Below are positions 28,169 to 41,084 of a stretch of DNA of 64,000 nucleotides, piece by piece; the stretch's first letter is position 1; each line of letters opens with the position of its first letter. This DNA comes from an uncultured Acidobacteriota bacterium (GTDB lineage: Bacteria > Acidobacteriota > Polarisedimenticolia > J045). A program made the position numbers and the translations under genes. The DNA lies in assembly GCA_963702425.1 (NCBI GenBank), contig CAVPCQ010000006.1:160001-224000 (forward strand), given 5' to 3'. The notes under the pieces are model-generated. The model worked only from the letters and a program-made list of their open reading frames with translations, was not told the origin of the DNA and searched no databases.

Positions 28169-29712
28169 TCCCACTCGATTGTAGCAGGGGGCTTCGAGGT
28201 GATGTCGTAGACCACGCGGTTGACGCCGCGCACCTCTCCGACGATGCGTCCGGCCGCGCGCGCGAGCAGATCGTGCGGCAGCCGCGACCAATCGGCGGTC
28301 ATGAAGTCGTCGGTGTTGACCGAGCGCAGCGCGATCACGTGCTCGTAGGTCCGGCCGTCGCCCATCACGCCGACCGTCTTGAGCGGCAGGAAGACCGCGA
28401 AGGCCTGCGAGGTTCGGTCGATCCAGCCCGATTCCTGGAGTTCCTCGCGGAAGATCGCGTCGGCCTCGCGCAGCATCAGCAGCCGCTCCTCGTTCACCTC
28501 GCCGATGATCCGCACCGCGAGCCCCGGCCCGGGGAAGGGGTGCCGGTGGACGAAGGCGTGGTCCAGCCCCAGCCGCTCGCCCAGCTCGCGCACCTCGTCC
28601 TTGAAGAGCCACGCCAGGGGCTCGATCAGCCCGAGCTTCATCCGCTCCGGCAGGCCACCGACGTTGTGGTGCGTCTTGATCGTCGCCGAGGGGCCGCCGC
28701 TGACGGTCTTCGACTCGATCCGGTCGGGGTAGATCGTCCCCTGCGCCAACCACGTCGCGCCGCTCCGCGCGGCGTACTCCTCGAACACCGCGACGAACTC
28801 GCGGCCGATGATCCGGCGCTTCTGCTCGGGCTCGGCGACGCCGGCGAGTGCGTCGAGGAAGCGCTTCCGTGCGTCGGCCCGCTGGACGTGCAGCCCGTAG
28901 CGTCCGCGGAAGGTCGAGACGACCTGCTCGGCCTCCGCCTTGCGCAGGAGGCCGTTGTCGACGAACACCGCTTCGAGCCGCTCGCCGATCGCACGGTGGA
29001 CGAGCAGCGCCATCACGGACGAGTCGACGCCGCCGGACAGCGCGCAGACGACGCGCCCCTCGCCTCCGACCTTGCGCTGGATCTCCGAGATCGCCTCGCG
29101 CTCGTAGGCGGCCATCGACCAGTCGCCCGAACAGCCGCAGACGTCGAGCGCGAACCGCCGCAGGAACGCGCTGCCGTGTTCGGTGTGCCGCACCTCGGGG
29201 TGGAACTGCACGGCGTAGCGGTGGCGCCGGGGGTCTTCGGCCGCCGCGAACGGCGTGCTCGAGGTCCTGGCGACAGCGTGCATCCCGGGCGGGAGGGCGG
29301 TGATGCTGTCGCCGTGGCTCATCCAGACGACGCTCTCACGCGGCCAGTCGGAGAAGAGCACGGAGGGCGCCCCGTCGAGCTCCAGCGTGGCGCGGCCGAA
29401 CTCGCGCTCGGGAGCCGGCTCGACCCGTCCGCCGCAGCGGTGCGCCAGGATCTGCATTCCGTAGCAGATCCCCAGCACCGGCTTCCCGGTCGCCAAGACC
29501 TCGTCGGTGACGGTCGGGGCGGTCGGCTCGTACACCGATGCGGGGCCGCCGGAGAGCACGATGCCCCGCACTTCCGGCGCCGCGATGCGCGCCGCCGCCT
29601 CGGCCGGCGGAACGACGACCGCGAACACGCCTGCCTCGCGGATCCGGCGGGCGATCAGCTGCGTCACCTGGCTGCCGAAGTCGATCACCAGGATCGTTTC
29701 GTGGAGCGCCAC
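28165..29712 (-). CDS. guaA: GMP synthase (glutamine-hydrolyzing)
   Basis: DFGSQ, GICYGMQ, QFHPEV, SGGVDS and KPPATIEWE. Confidence 0.97.
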   Translation of the reverse strand: MALHETILVIDFGSQVTQLIARRIREAGVFAVVVPPAEAAARIAAPEVRGIVLSGGPASVYEPTAPTVTDEVLATGKPVLGICYGMQILAHRCGGRVEPAPEREFGRATLELDGAPSVLFSDWPRESVVWMSHGDSITALPPGMHAVARTSSTPFAAAEDPRRHRYAVQFHPEVRHTEHGSAFLRRFALDVCGCSGDWSMAAYEREAISEIQRKVGGEGRVVCALSGGVDSSVMALLVHRAIGERLEAVFVDNGLLRKAEAEQVVSTFRGRYGLHVQRADARKRFLDALAGVAEPEQKRRIIGREFVAVFEEYAARSGATWLAQGTIYPDRIESKTVSGGPSATIKTHHNVGGLPERMKLGLIEPLAWLFKDEVRELGERLGLDHAFVHRHPFPGPGLAVRIIGEVNEERLLMLREADAIFREELQESGWIDRTSQAFAVFLPLKTVGVMGDGRTYEHVIALRSVNTDDFMTADWSRLPHDLLARAAGRIVGEVRGVNRVVYDITSKPPATIEWE

Positions 29713-29716
29713 GTCC

Positions 29717-30748
29717 TCACCTCCGCGGCAGCGCGAACGCCTGCACGACGCCCGCGAGCGCCTGCCAGGCGTCGCCGCCGGACTTGAGCCGCCCATCGGC
29801 GGCGACGCAGGCGGCCATCGCGTCGCCCGCCCGCGCGCCGACCTTGCGCGCCGCCTGCGCGTACTTGCCCGCCGTGAATGGGTGGCAGCCGAGCGCCTCC
29901 CGCACCTCGTCTGCGCCGCCGCCGCGCCCGACGACGTCGTACGCGGCGGCGAGCCGCCTCGAGATCGACGCCAACTGGCCGAGCAGGACGAGCGGCGCGC
30001 TGCTATCCGTCCCGACCAGGCGCCGCCCGAGGATCTCGACAGCCCCCGCGGCGTCTCCCCCCAGGAGAGCGTCCTCGAGGGCAAAGGCCCCGACCGCTCG
30101 CCCGGGGCCCAGCATCTCCTCGACCGTCTCGACGCCGATCCCCTTCCCCGCCGCCGAGCCGGAAGCGCCCGAGACGAGCGCAAGCTTGTCGAGCTCCCGC
30201 TCGGCGATCGCGGTGTTGGTTCCGACCGCCTCGGCCAGCGCGCGGGCCGCGGGTCCGGTCAGCTTGAGGCCGCGCTCCGACGCCTTCGCGGCGACCCAGG
30301 ACGCCATCTCGCGCTCCTTCGGGAGCGGGCAATCCACCACCAGACCGACCGCCTCGAGACGCTTGATCACCCTGAGGCGCCGGTCCGTCTTCTCGACGAC
30401 GAAGACCAGCGTGGCGTGCGGCGGCGGGCGCTCGAGGTACTGCTCGAGCGCCTCCTGGGGGTCGATTCCGCCGCCACCGCTCGCCGCCAGCCCCTGGGGC
30501 TCGACGGCGATCACGATCCGCCGGCCCCCCAGCAGCGTGCGGGTGCGCGCGGCATCGAGCGCCCGCGCCAGCGGCGCGTCGGTGAGACGGTCGACGCCGG
30601 TCAGCCGCTCGTCCTCGGGCAGCCCCGCGACCAGCGTGTCGACCACGTGCCGCGCGGCGACCTCGTCCTCGCCGACCACGAGCACCACGGGCGGCCAGCG
30701 GCCGGCCGCGAGTTCTCGTGCGAGCGGACTGCGCGGCGCTGCCGTCAC
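29717..30748 (-). CDS. holA: DNA polymerase III delta subunit
   Basis: Follows lptE; ELDKLAL and ADGRLKSG pattern. Confidence 0.8.
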   Translation of the reverse strand: MTAAPRSPLARELAAGRWPPVVLVVGEDEVAARHVVDTLVAGLPEDERLTGVDRLTDAPLARALDAARTRTLLGGRRIVIAVEPQGLAASGGGGIDPQEALEQYLERPPPHATLVFVVEKTDRRLRVIKRLEAVGLVVDCPLPKEREMASWVAAKASERGLKLTGPAARALAEAVGTNTAIAERELDKLALVSGASGSAAGKGIGVETVEEMLGPGRAVGAFALEDALLGGDAAGAVEILGRRLVGTDSSAPLVLLGQLASISRRLAAAYDVVGRGGGADEVREALGCHPFTAGKYAQAARKVGARAGDAMAACVAADGRLKSGGDAWQALAGVVQAFALPRR

Positions 30749-30750
30749 GG

Positions 30751-31347
30751 TCAGAACCCCTCGAGGATCGCGGTCACGACCGACCGCGCGAAATCGCGTG
30801 CGATCTGGTCGGTGGCCACGATCACCTGATCGACCGGGGCGTCGGGAACGCTGGGAATGTCGTACTGCTGCGTGAAGACGAAGTTGTCGCGGCTCCAGAG
30901 GACCTTCTCCGGCACCGTCTGCACCAGCCGCATGCGGGCCGTAATGACCACCTCGGAGCGCTCCGACCGGCCGCCCTGCGAGAAACTGATCGGGTTGGTG
31001 CGGAAGGAGAGCACCACCCCCTCGAGGACGACCTGGGCGTCCTTCTCGTCGGGTACTGCGCGGTAGCGGCCGCGCACCACGAACTCGTTGATCAGCGCCT
31101 CGGTGACGCGCTGCGCGATCTCCGGGCGGGTCGTCTCGTTCTCGACCAACGGGATCGCGATCGTTTCGGTCCCCGGCGGGATCACCGACTGCACGCCGCC
31201 GGTCCCGGCGAGGCGATAGCCGCAGCCGGCGCCGGCCAGCGCGACGAGCCCGGCGACGGCGACCAGGCCGCGGCCCCGCCGCGCCTCCCGCGGCCGCGGG
31301 CTCGCGGTAGGCCGGTCCCGGCAGAGCGTGCTGGAGAACGCGTTCAT
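30751..31347 (-). CDS. lptE: LPS assembly lipoprotein LptE (start uncertain)
   Basis: Lipobox GAGCGY; ENETTRP; upstream of holA. Confidence 0.8.
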   Translation of the reverse strand: MNAFSSTLCRDRPTASPRPREARRGRGLVAVAGLVALAGAGCGYRLAGTGGVQSVIPPGTETIAIPLVENETTRPEIAQRVTEALINEFVVRGRYRAVPDEKDAQVVLEGVVLSFRTNPISFSQGGRSERSEVVITARMRLVQTVPEKVLWSRDNFVFTQQYDIPSVPDAPVDQVIVATDQIARDFARSVVTAILEGF

Positions 31348-31462
31348 GGGCGGCATCGACCCCGAAGCCCCGACGGCGCGCGAGCGCCACGCGCGGCGGG
31401 AAAGGGTCACGATAGCCGCCCGGGAACGCCGTGCCAAGCCCCGCCGGGTATACTCCCGCGCC

Positions 31463-34306
<2,844 letters not shown>

Positions 34307-34313
34307 GGCGCGC

Positions 34314-34751
34314 CTACCGCCGCACCAGTTCGCCGCTCTCCAGCCGGCGCCGGATCCCGTCGACGAGACCGTTGACGAAGGCGCCCGACTCCGGGCCGCC
34401 GAACAGCTTGGCCAGCTCGATCGCCTCGTCGAGGATCACGGCGGCCGGGGTGTCGGGCTCGTCGAGCAGCTCGAACAGGGCGATCCGCAGCACGTTGCGG
34501 TCGACGGCCGCCATCCGCTCGAGGCGCCAGTTGGTGGAGCCGGCGCGGATCAGGCCGTCCAGCTCCCCCATCCGCCGCACGACGCCGCGCACGAGGTGCT
34601 CGGCGAAGCGGCGCGCCTGCGGGTCGAGCTTCTCCTCGGCCAGGCCGCCCTCGAGGTAGCTGGCGATCACCTGCTCCGTCCCGTCGCCCGAGAGTTCGCG
34701 CTGGTAGAGCATCGCGAGCGCGGCCTCGCGGGCCTGGGTCCGGGCGCGCAT
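34314..34751 (-). CDS. nusB: Transcription antitermination factor NusB
   Basis: AREAAL..LY, NWRLERM..VDRNVLR and EAIELAK..FVNG. Confidence 0.95.
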   Translation of the reverse strand: MRARTQAREAALAMLYQRELSGDGTEQVIASYLEGGLAEEKLDPQARRFAEHLVRGVVRRMGELDGLIRAGSTNWRLERMAAVDRNVLRIALFELLDEPDTPAAVILDEAIELAKLFGGPESGAFVNGLVDGIRRRLESGELVRR

Positions 34752-34756
34752 CCGGC

Positions 34757-35230
34757 TCAGCCGGCGAGCTTCTTGAGCTGCGCCATCTCGACGGCGGTCA
34801 GCGCCGCCTCGAACCCCTTGTTGCCCGACTTCCCGCCCGAGCGCTCCATCGCCTGCTCGAGCGTGTCGGTCGTCAGCACGCCGTCGGCGACCGGGATCCC
34901 GGTCTCGGAGGCGACCGCCGCGAGGTCGCGCGTGACGGTCATCGCCAGCTGGTCGAAGTGCGGCGTCTCGCCGCGGACCAGCGCCCCGAGCGCGATCAGC
35001 GCGTCGGGCGCGCTCTTGCCGCGCGCGAGCATCCGCAGCCCCTGGGTGATCTCGAACGACCCCGGCACGCGGACGACGGTCACGTTGTCGCGCGACCCGC
35101 CCAGCCGCGTGATCCCGTCGAGCGCCCCGTTCAGCAGCACCTCGGTCACGCGGCTGTTGTAGCGCGAGAGGACGATCCCGAACGTGAGACCCTTGGCGTC
35201 GAGCTTGCCGGCCAGTTCCTTCATCGACAT
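34757..35230 (-). CDS. ribH: 6,7-dimethyl-8-ribityllumazine synthase
   Basis: VPGSFEI, RGETPHF and NKGFEAA. Confidence 0.95.
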   Translation of the reverse strand: MSMKELAGKLDAKGLTFGIVLSRYNSRVTEVLLNGALDGITRLGGSRDNVTVVRVPGSFEITQGLRMLARGKSAPDALIALGALVRGETPHFDQLAMTVTRDLAAVASETGIPVADGVLTTDTLEQAMERSGGKSGNKGFEAALTAVEMAQLKKLAG

Positions 35231-35324
35231 GGTTGAACCTCACCGGGGCCAGAGCGGCTTCGGGCCGGGCCCACGAGCGGGCGGAGTCTAGCACCCGGGC
35301 CGGGGCTCCACGAACCGCCCCGCC

Positions 35325-36038
35325 TCAGATCTCGATTCCGGCGGCGCGCCGGAGCAGCGCGGGCCAGTGGGGCGCCAGCAGACCCTTCAGGACCAGGTCG
35401 GCCCCCCACAGCGCCGCGGCGAACGCCAGCCGTTTCCGCTCCGCGTACAGCCAGGCCGGCGGCGGCATCCGCTCCAGGAGCAACCGCGACAGGCAGACCC
35501 CCAGCAGCACGAAAGCGGCCACGCGCAGGATCGACCAGGGGTGCCAGGCAAGGGCGACGGCCGCCAGCGGCCGCTCGGCGAGGCTGGCCGTCATCCCGAC
35601 GTAGAAGGACATGAAGCCGAGCAGGTAGGCGCCCAGCACGAGCCCGCCCCAGCCGCCGGTCACCGCGGCCAGGACGACGAAGGCGACGAGGTGCAGCAGA
35701 TGCTGGGGGACGAAGGCCGCCGGCGAGGCCTCCGGGCCGACGCCCGTCTCGAGCCACGGGCGCATCTCGTTCCAGTAGCTGCGCGCGTGCGGAATGACCC
35801 GCGCCGCGGTCTCGGGCGCGGCCGCCGTCAGGGCTACGAACGACAGCGAGAGCGCCGCCGCCCACGCCAGGAGCCAGCCCACGAGGCCGGGCCGGGTCCG
35901 GTCGCGGCGCGACGCGAGGAACCAGAAGGCCAGCGAGCCGGCGGCCAGCGGCGCGCTCCAGCGCCAGCCGGTCACGAACGGCAGCGCCGCGGCGAGCGGC
36001 GCGGAGAGCACCAGCCAGGCTCCCGGCTCGCGCTTCAC
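35325..36038 (-). CDS. Integral membrane protein (possibly SpoIIM-like)
   Basis: About six hydrophobic segments; GTGA coupling to mtnP. Confidence 0.65.
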   Translation of the reverse strand: MKREPGAWLVLSAPLAAALPFVTGWRWSAPLAAGSLAFWFLASRRDRTRPGLVGWLLAWAAALSLSFVALTAAAPETAARVIPHARSYWNEMRPWLETGVGPEASPAAFVPQHLLHLVAFVVLAAVTGGWGGLVLGAYLLGFMSFYVGMTASLAERPLAAVALAWHPWSILRVAAFVLLGVCLSRLLLERMPPPAWLYAERKRLAFAAALWGADLVLKGLLAPHWPALLRRAAGIEI

Positions 36039-36913
36039 GCGTGGTGCGCGAGCAGCGGGCCGAGCCGCAGGACCGTCGCCTCGGGCCACGCCGCACGGGG
36101 GGTGATGATCGCGAACCGCAACGCGTCGGCACATCCGCAGGACCGGGCCGCCGGCAGGTCGGCCGCCAGGGTGCGGACCGCGTCCTGCGCCCGCTTCGCG
36201 TTGACGTGCAGCCGGTCGACGATCTGCTCGACCGAGACCGGCTCCTCGTCCGTCTTCCAGCAATCGTAGTCGGTGACCAGCGCCATCGAGGCGAAGCAGA
36301 GCTCGGCCTCGCGGCAGAGCCGGGCCTCCTGCATGTTCGTCATCCCGATCACCGAGGCGCCCAGGCTGCGATAGAAGCGCGACTCGGCCCGCGTCGAGAA
36401 CTGCGGCCCCTCCATGCAGACGTAGGTTCCGCCCTCGTGGACGGTCGCCCCGGCGCCCCGGGCCGCGATCCCCAGCCGGCCCGCGAGGTCCGCGCAGACC
36501 GGGTCGGCGAGCGAGACGTGGGCCACGATCCCGTCGCCGAAGAAGGTGTCGGGGCGGTGCCGGGTGCGATCGAACATCTGGTCGGGCACGACGACGTCGA
36601 GCGGGTGGATCTGCTCGGCGAGCGACCCGACCGCCGACACCGCCAGCACGAACTCCACGCCGAGCGACTTGAGCGCCCAGACGTTGGCGCGGAAGTTGAT
36701 CTCGGTCGGCAGGATCGTGTGCGACGGGCCGTGCCGCGCCAGGAACGCAACGCTCGCGGGACCGAGACGGCCGACCACGATGGGCGAGCTGGGCGCACCG
36801 AACGGGGTCTCGACTCGCAGTTCCTGGGCGCTCGCGAGCCCTTCCATCCGGTACAGGCCGCTGCCGCCGATCACTCCCAGTCGCGCCCGCCGCTCGCCCC
36901 CAGCCCCGCTCAT
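36035..36913 (-). CDS. mtnP: S-methyl-5'-thioadenosine phosphorylase
   Basis: IGGSGLY, ARHG, EGPQFSTRAES and VTDYDCW. Confidence 0.93.
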   Translation of the reverse strand: MSGAGGERRARLGVIGGSGLYRMEGLASAQELRVETPFGAPSSPIVVGRLGPASVAFLARHGPSHTILPTEINFRANVWALKSLGVEFVLAVSAVGSLAEQIHPLDVVVPDQMFDRTRHRPDTFFGDGIVAHVSLADPVCADLAGRLGIAARGAGATVHEGGTYVCMEGPQFSTRAESRFYRSLGASVIGMTNMQEARLCREAELCFASMALVTDYDCWKTDEEPVSVEQIVDRLHVNAKRAQDAVRTLAADLPAARSCGCADALRFAIITPRAAWPEATVLRLGPLLAHHA

Positions 36914-38811
36914 CGGGGGATGCCCGGGCGTCCGGCGCCGGCCTTGGGAGGCGGAGGTGCCTTGGCGTTCCGGGCCGCGACGACGCGCTCCCGCAGGGCG
37001 GCCAGCGCGCCGCGCACGGTCGCCGGGTCCGTCAGCCGCGGCGACTCGAGCCCCTCGTAGAGCGCCATGAGCGCGGCGCCGGGGGTGATCGCGAGCCCGA
37101 CGGATCGCATCCTCTCGGCATCGGTCGCGGGATCGAGGGTCAGGATCGTGACGAACGGGAAGTCAGCCCCGAGCGCGGCGCGGCGCAGGGCGTCCCCCGC
37201 CGGTTCGCCCGCGCGAGCGGTGACGACCACACGGATCGGCGGAGAGTGGTACTCGTAGGCCGCGAGGCCATACGACGGCATGAGCAGCGCAGCCCGCCGG
37301 TAGGACTCGGCGAACGCCCGCAGAATGTCCCGGGCCGCGTCGGCATAGCGGCGCTCCCCGGTGAGCCAGAAGAGCCGGACCAGACCCCGTACCATGTGGC
37401 TGTTGGCCTCGAGCGGAAAGAGCGGGTACCGCAGCAGCCCCGGCTCCGCGGGGTCGCTCACCCGATCGGCGAGCGCTCCGGTGCCCGCCTCGCGCAGATT
37501 GGTGACCGCCACCTTGGCGACGTCCGCCGCCGCGTCGAGCCAGGCCTTCTGCCCGGTGATCTCGTACGCGCTGATGAACGCCATCGTCACCTCGGCCAGG
37601 TCCTCGAGGTAAACCGTCAACACGCCTTCACGGTCGACGACCGCGTGCGCCACCCCCCGGCCCGCGCGCCAGCGCTTCTCCTTGAGGAAGCTCGCCGCCG
37701 CGACTCCCCGCTCGACGAGCGCCGGCTCCGCCAGCGCCGCACCGGCCCGCATCAGCGCGGCGGCCGCAACGGCGTTGGCGCCGGACAGGACCGTTTCATC
37801 GCGTCCGCCGGGACAGGCCGCACAGAGCGCCGCGGCGAAGGACCCGTCGGCGTTCCCCAACGAGCCGGTGAGGAAGGCCGCGGTCCTCAGCGCCTGGTCC
37901 CGGACCGACCGGCGCCCGTTGGTGCGGAAAGCCAGCGTCTGGAGCTCGAGCAGCCTCGCGTTCCGGTCGAGCAGCTTCTCCTTCTGCGGATCGCTCCAGT
38001 CGAGTCCCGACGCCATGCGAAAGAGCCCGCCATCGGCCGGATCGGTCAGTTTCGTCGTGAGCGTCTCGAGCGATGCCGAGCCCATCGTGCGCCAGGGCTC
38101 GCCCCGCTCCGCCCCGAACTCGATCATGAACTCGATCAGGTCGAACCGCGGCAGCCGCGGAGGCCCGCCGAAGTAGCGCGCCTCCGGGTCGAAGGTCGAC
38201 TGGAGCTGGGTCGCGATTCCCAGCGTCATCGCGTCCTCGATCTTGCCCGAGGTCGGGCGGGCGGTTTCCCTGATCTGAGCGACCTGCTTGCGCGCGATCT
38301 CGACCGCGCGCGCTCCCTCGACCTCGTAGTAGACGCGGGCCTCGTTGAGCAGCTGTGCCATCGCTTCCGGCCGCAGCAGCGTGGCGGTCATCCGGCGCGG
38401 CTCCCCCTTCCCTTCCTTGGGCAGGAAGAACAGCGGCGTCCCGTCGGGCAACAGGATGTTGATGTCCGGCCAGGCCTCGGCCGGATAGCGTGCGCGCAAG
38501 TCCGGACGGATGTCGGCCCGGACCCGGACCGGAAGATACCCGGCGCGAACCGCCTCGATCACGGCCGCGTCGGTGAAGACCGTCTCGTTGGCGGCCTTCA
38601 CCGCCTCGCTCCACGGGACCTCGAGGACCATCAGCAGCAAGCGATCTTCCGCCAGGGCGCGTCGGATCGTACCCGGCGCCAGGTCGAGCCATTCGATGCC
38701 CGCGGCGAGGGGCGGAGCAGACGGAGCGGGCGAGGAGCTCGTCGCCGCGACGGCGGGCAGCGCCAACGCGAAGAGCAGACAGAGAGACGTCAGGACCGAG
38801 CGGGAAGACAT
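36910..38811 (-). CDS. Secreted YyaL/DUF255-like protein (thioredoxin-like + alpha/alpha barrel)
   Basis: RPDL..RY...WP, W..PQKEKLL.RNA and YLED motifs; signal peptide. Confidence 0.7.
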   Translation of the reverse strand: MSSRSVLTSLCLLFALALPAVAATSSSPAPSAPPLAAGIEWLDLAPGTIRRALAEDRLLLMVLEVPWSEAVKAANETVFTDAAVIEAVRAGYLPVRVRADIRPDLRARYPAEAWPDINILLPDGTPLFFLPKEGKGEPRRMTATLLRPEAMAQLLNEARVYYEVEGARAVEIARKQVAQIRETARPTSGKIEDAMTLGIATQLQSTFDPEARYFGGPPRLPRFDLIEFMIEFGAERGEPWRTMGSASLETLTTKLTDPADGGLFRMASGLDWSDPQKEKLLDRNARLLELQTLAFRTNGRRSVRDQALRTAAFLTGSLGNADGSFAAALCAACPGGRDETVLSGANAVAAAALMRAGAALAEPALVERGVAAASFLKEKRWRAGRGVAHAVVDREGVLTVYLEDLAEVTMAFISAYEITGQKAWLDAAADVAKVAVTNLREAGTGALADRVSDPAEPGLLRYPLFPLEANSHMVRGLVRLFWLTGERRYADAARDILRAFAESYRRAALLMPSYGLAAYEYHSPPIRVVVTARAGEPAGDALRRAALGADFPFVTILTLDPATDAERMRSVGLAITPGAALMALYEGLESPRLTDPATVRGALAALRERVVAARNAKAPPPPKAGAGRPGIPR

Positions 38812-38836
38812 CGAGGGCCTCGCGTGGCGCACGGCA

Positions 38837-39331
38837 TCAGGGGGCCGCGCCGATAGTGATCGTCATCCGGGTGTCGCCGACGCGGATCTCGTCCCCGTCC
38901 TGGAGTTGGCAGCTCGAGCTGCGCCGCCCGTTGACCCAGGTGCCGTTCGTGGAGCCGAGGTCCTTGAGCAGGACGCAGGTGGCGCCGTAGATCTCGAGGC
39001 TGGCGTGACGGCGCGAGACACGTGGGTCGGAGAGCGGCACCTCGCAGCCCCCGCGACCGATCAGTACGCGCGAGCGGGTGACGCGGTAGTGCGCGCCGGA
39101 CTCGGCCCCTTCGACCACCTCCAGCAGGATCTCCCACCCGGACGGCAGCGGGACCCGGGCCAGGTCGTCACCCGACGGTTCGGGCGCGACCCCTTCCGGT
39201 TCGCTGCCTGGGATGCGCACGATCAGCGTCTTGCTGCGGCGCGGCCCGGAGGAGGCGTCGCTGCAGACGCCGCACACGCCGGTCTCCTCCAGCGGTCCCC
39301 CGCAATCGGTGCAGCGCGTGCGGTCGTTCAT
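38837..39331 (-). CDS. Zn-ribbon + FHA domain protein
   Basis: CxxC...CxxC; IGR, VSRRHA and DLGSTNGT. Confidence 0.85.
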   Translation of the reverse strand: MNDRTRCTDCGGPLEETGVCGVCSDASSGPRRSKTLIVRIPGSEPEGVAPEPSGDDLARVPLPSGWEILLEVVEGAESGAHYRVTRSRVLIGRGGCEVPLSDPRVSRRHASLEIYGATCVLLKDLGSTNGTWVNGRRSSSCQLQDGDEIRVGDTRMTITIGAAP

Positions 39332-40098
39332 GGAAGATGACCCTCCCCCGCGAGCGCGTCGAGCAGCGGCACTCCGGTGCGCTCGGTGAATTGGCGGCCG
39401 AACGACGGGAGGTCGGGCGCGTCGTCGTCGGCTTGCAGCTTCTCGACCCGCGCCAGCGGGAAGAACTGGAGCGACGGCGTGAGCGGCCCGCGCTCCCGAC
39501 GGGCCCACTGCGCGACCCAGTCGTCCCAGGCGTCGAGGTCGAGCCCGAGCAGCGCCACGCCGACCCCGTCGAGCGACCGGACGGCGCCGATCATCCGGGC
39601 CCGCGGCTCCTTCACGTAGAGCACGGCCAGCGTCCCCGTCGCGAAGGGGTGCGCGTCGGCGGCCTCAATCGCGTTCCCCTTCGCGCCGGGCGGGCGCTCG
39701 GACAGCTCCAGCAGCACGCCGCCGGTGTCCTTCGGGTGCAGGAAGGCGACGCGGCAGCCGCCGGCCCCGGGCCGCGCTCCGCCACCGATCGCCTCGATCC
39801 CGTGCGCGGCGAGCCGCGCCAAGGCGGCCGCGATGTCGTCCACCGCCAGGCAGAGGTGGTGGATCCCCTCGCCCCGCTTCTCGAGCGCGCGCGCGACCGG
39901 CGAGTCGCCGGAGAGCGGCTCGAGCAGCTCGATGTGTCCGCCTCCGAAGTCCAGGAACCAGGTCCTGACCCCTTCGGTCGGGACGACCTCGGCCCGGTCG
40001 AGCGGCAGCCCCAGGGCCTCCGCCCAGAGCGGCAGCCGCTGGCGGGGATCCCTGACCGCGATCCCGACGTGATCCAGACCGAGGACCCTGCCCTTCAT
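39328..40098 (-). CDS. mce: Methylmalonyl-CoA epimerase fused to an unknown C-terminal domain
   Basis: DHVGIAV, IELLEP, GEGIHH and FLHPK.TGGVLLEL, then about 115 extra aa. Confidence 0.85.
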   Translation of the reverse strand: MKGRVLGLDHVGIAVRDPRQRLPLWAEALGLPLDRAEVVPTEGVRTWFLDFGGGHIELLEPLSGDSPVARALEKRGEGIHHLCLAVDDIAAALARLAAHGIEAIGGGARPGAGGCRVAFLHPKDTGGVLLELSERPPGAKGNAIEAADAHPFATGTLAVLYVKEPRARMIGAVRSLDGVGVALLGLDLDAWDDWVAQWARRERGPLTPSLQFFPLARVEKLQADDDAPDLPSFGRQFTERTGVPLLDALAGEGHLP

Positions 40099-40099
40099 C

Positions 40100-41077
40100 T
40101 CACGCCTCCCGGCGGGCGACCGTCGGTCCCACCGCGCCGCTCGCGGCAAGCACCTCGTCGGCTGCGCTGTAGGGATCGATCTCGCGCGCCGCGAGGCGCT
40201 CGATCGTGCGCTCGAAGCCCGCCTCGCCGAGACCCGTCTCGATCGTGCGGCGCAGCAGGGCCCGGACCAGGATGTCGGTCAGCCGGCCGCGCGCCCGGGC
40301 CCGCGCGCGGTCCGCCCGCCGGGCCCGCGTCTCGGGCGCGGTCCCCTGCTTCTCGATCGCCTCGACCAGCTCGTCGACGCCGTCGCCGCGGATCGCGACC
40401 GTGCGCAGGATCGCCGGCCGAGGCCGCGCGTCGTCGACCAGCGCCATCATCTGCCGCAGCTCGGATTCCAGCTTGTCGGCCCCGTCGCGGTCGGCCTTGT
40501 TGATCACGAACAGGTCGGCGATCTCGAGGATCCCGGCCTTGATCGCCTGGATGTCGTCCCCCATCCCCGGCACGAGCACGACCAGCACGGTGTCGGCGAG
40601 CCGCGCGATGTCGACCTCGGCCTGCCCCACGCCGACCGTCTCGACGATCACCACGTCCTTGCCGCTGGCGTCGAGCAGGTCGATCACGTCGCCAGTGGCG
40701 CGCGACAGCCCGCCCAGGAAGCCGCGCGTCGCCATCGAGCGGATGAAAACCCCGGGGTCGGAGGTGTGGCGCATCATCCGCACCCGGTCGCCGAGGATCG
40801 CGCCGCCCGAAAACGCCGAGGACGGATCGACCGCGACCACGCCGACAGTCCGGCCACGCGTCCGCAGCGACTCCACGAGGCGGTCGACCAGGCTCGACTT
40901 CCCCGCCCCGGGCGCCCCGGTCACGCCGATCGTCGCCGCGCGGCCGGCGCGCGGGTAGAGCTCGCGCAGCACCTCGACCGCCAGCGGGTGGTCGTTCTCG
41001 ACGTGGCTGATCGCGCGCGCCAGCGCGCGCACCTCGCCCGCCTGCACCCGCTCCGCGATCTCCCGGCCGCTCGTCAC
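40100..41077 (-). CDS. meaB: Methylmalonyl-CoA mutase-associated GTPase MeaB/ArgK
   Basis: GAPGAGKS, DPSS..SGGAILGDR.RM, ETVGVGQ and NKAD. Confidence 0.93.
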   Translation of the reverse strand: MTSGREIAERVQAGEVRALARAISHVENDHPLAVEVLRELYPRAGRAATIGVTGAPGAGKSSLVDRLVESLRTRGRTVGVVAVDPSSAFSGGAILGDRVRMMRHTSDPGVFIRSMATRGFLGGLSRATGDVIDLLDASGKDVVIVETVGVGQAEVDIARLADTVLVVLVPGMGDDIQAIKAGILEIADLFVINKADRDGADKLESELRQMMALVDDARPRPAILRTVAIRGDGVDELVEAIEKQGTAPETRARRADRARARARGRLTDILVRALLRRTIETGLGEAGFERTIERLAAREIDPYSAADEVLAASGAVGPTVARREA

Positions 41078-41084
41078 TTCGTCC

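Noticed and set aside
24506-28753. 1415-aa DnaE with N-terminal extension or intein
   Set aside because: The extension runs through the REP cluster and guaA; the true start is GTG 27964 and no intein motifs were seen.
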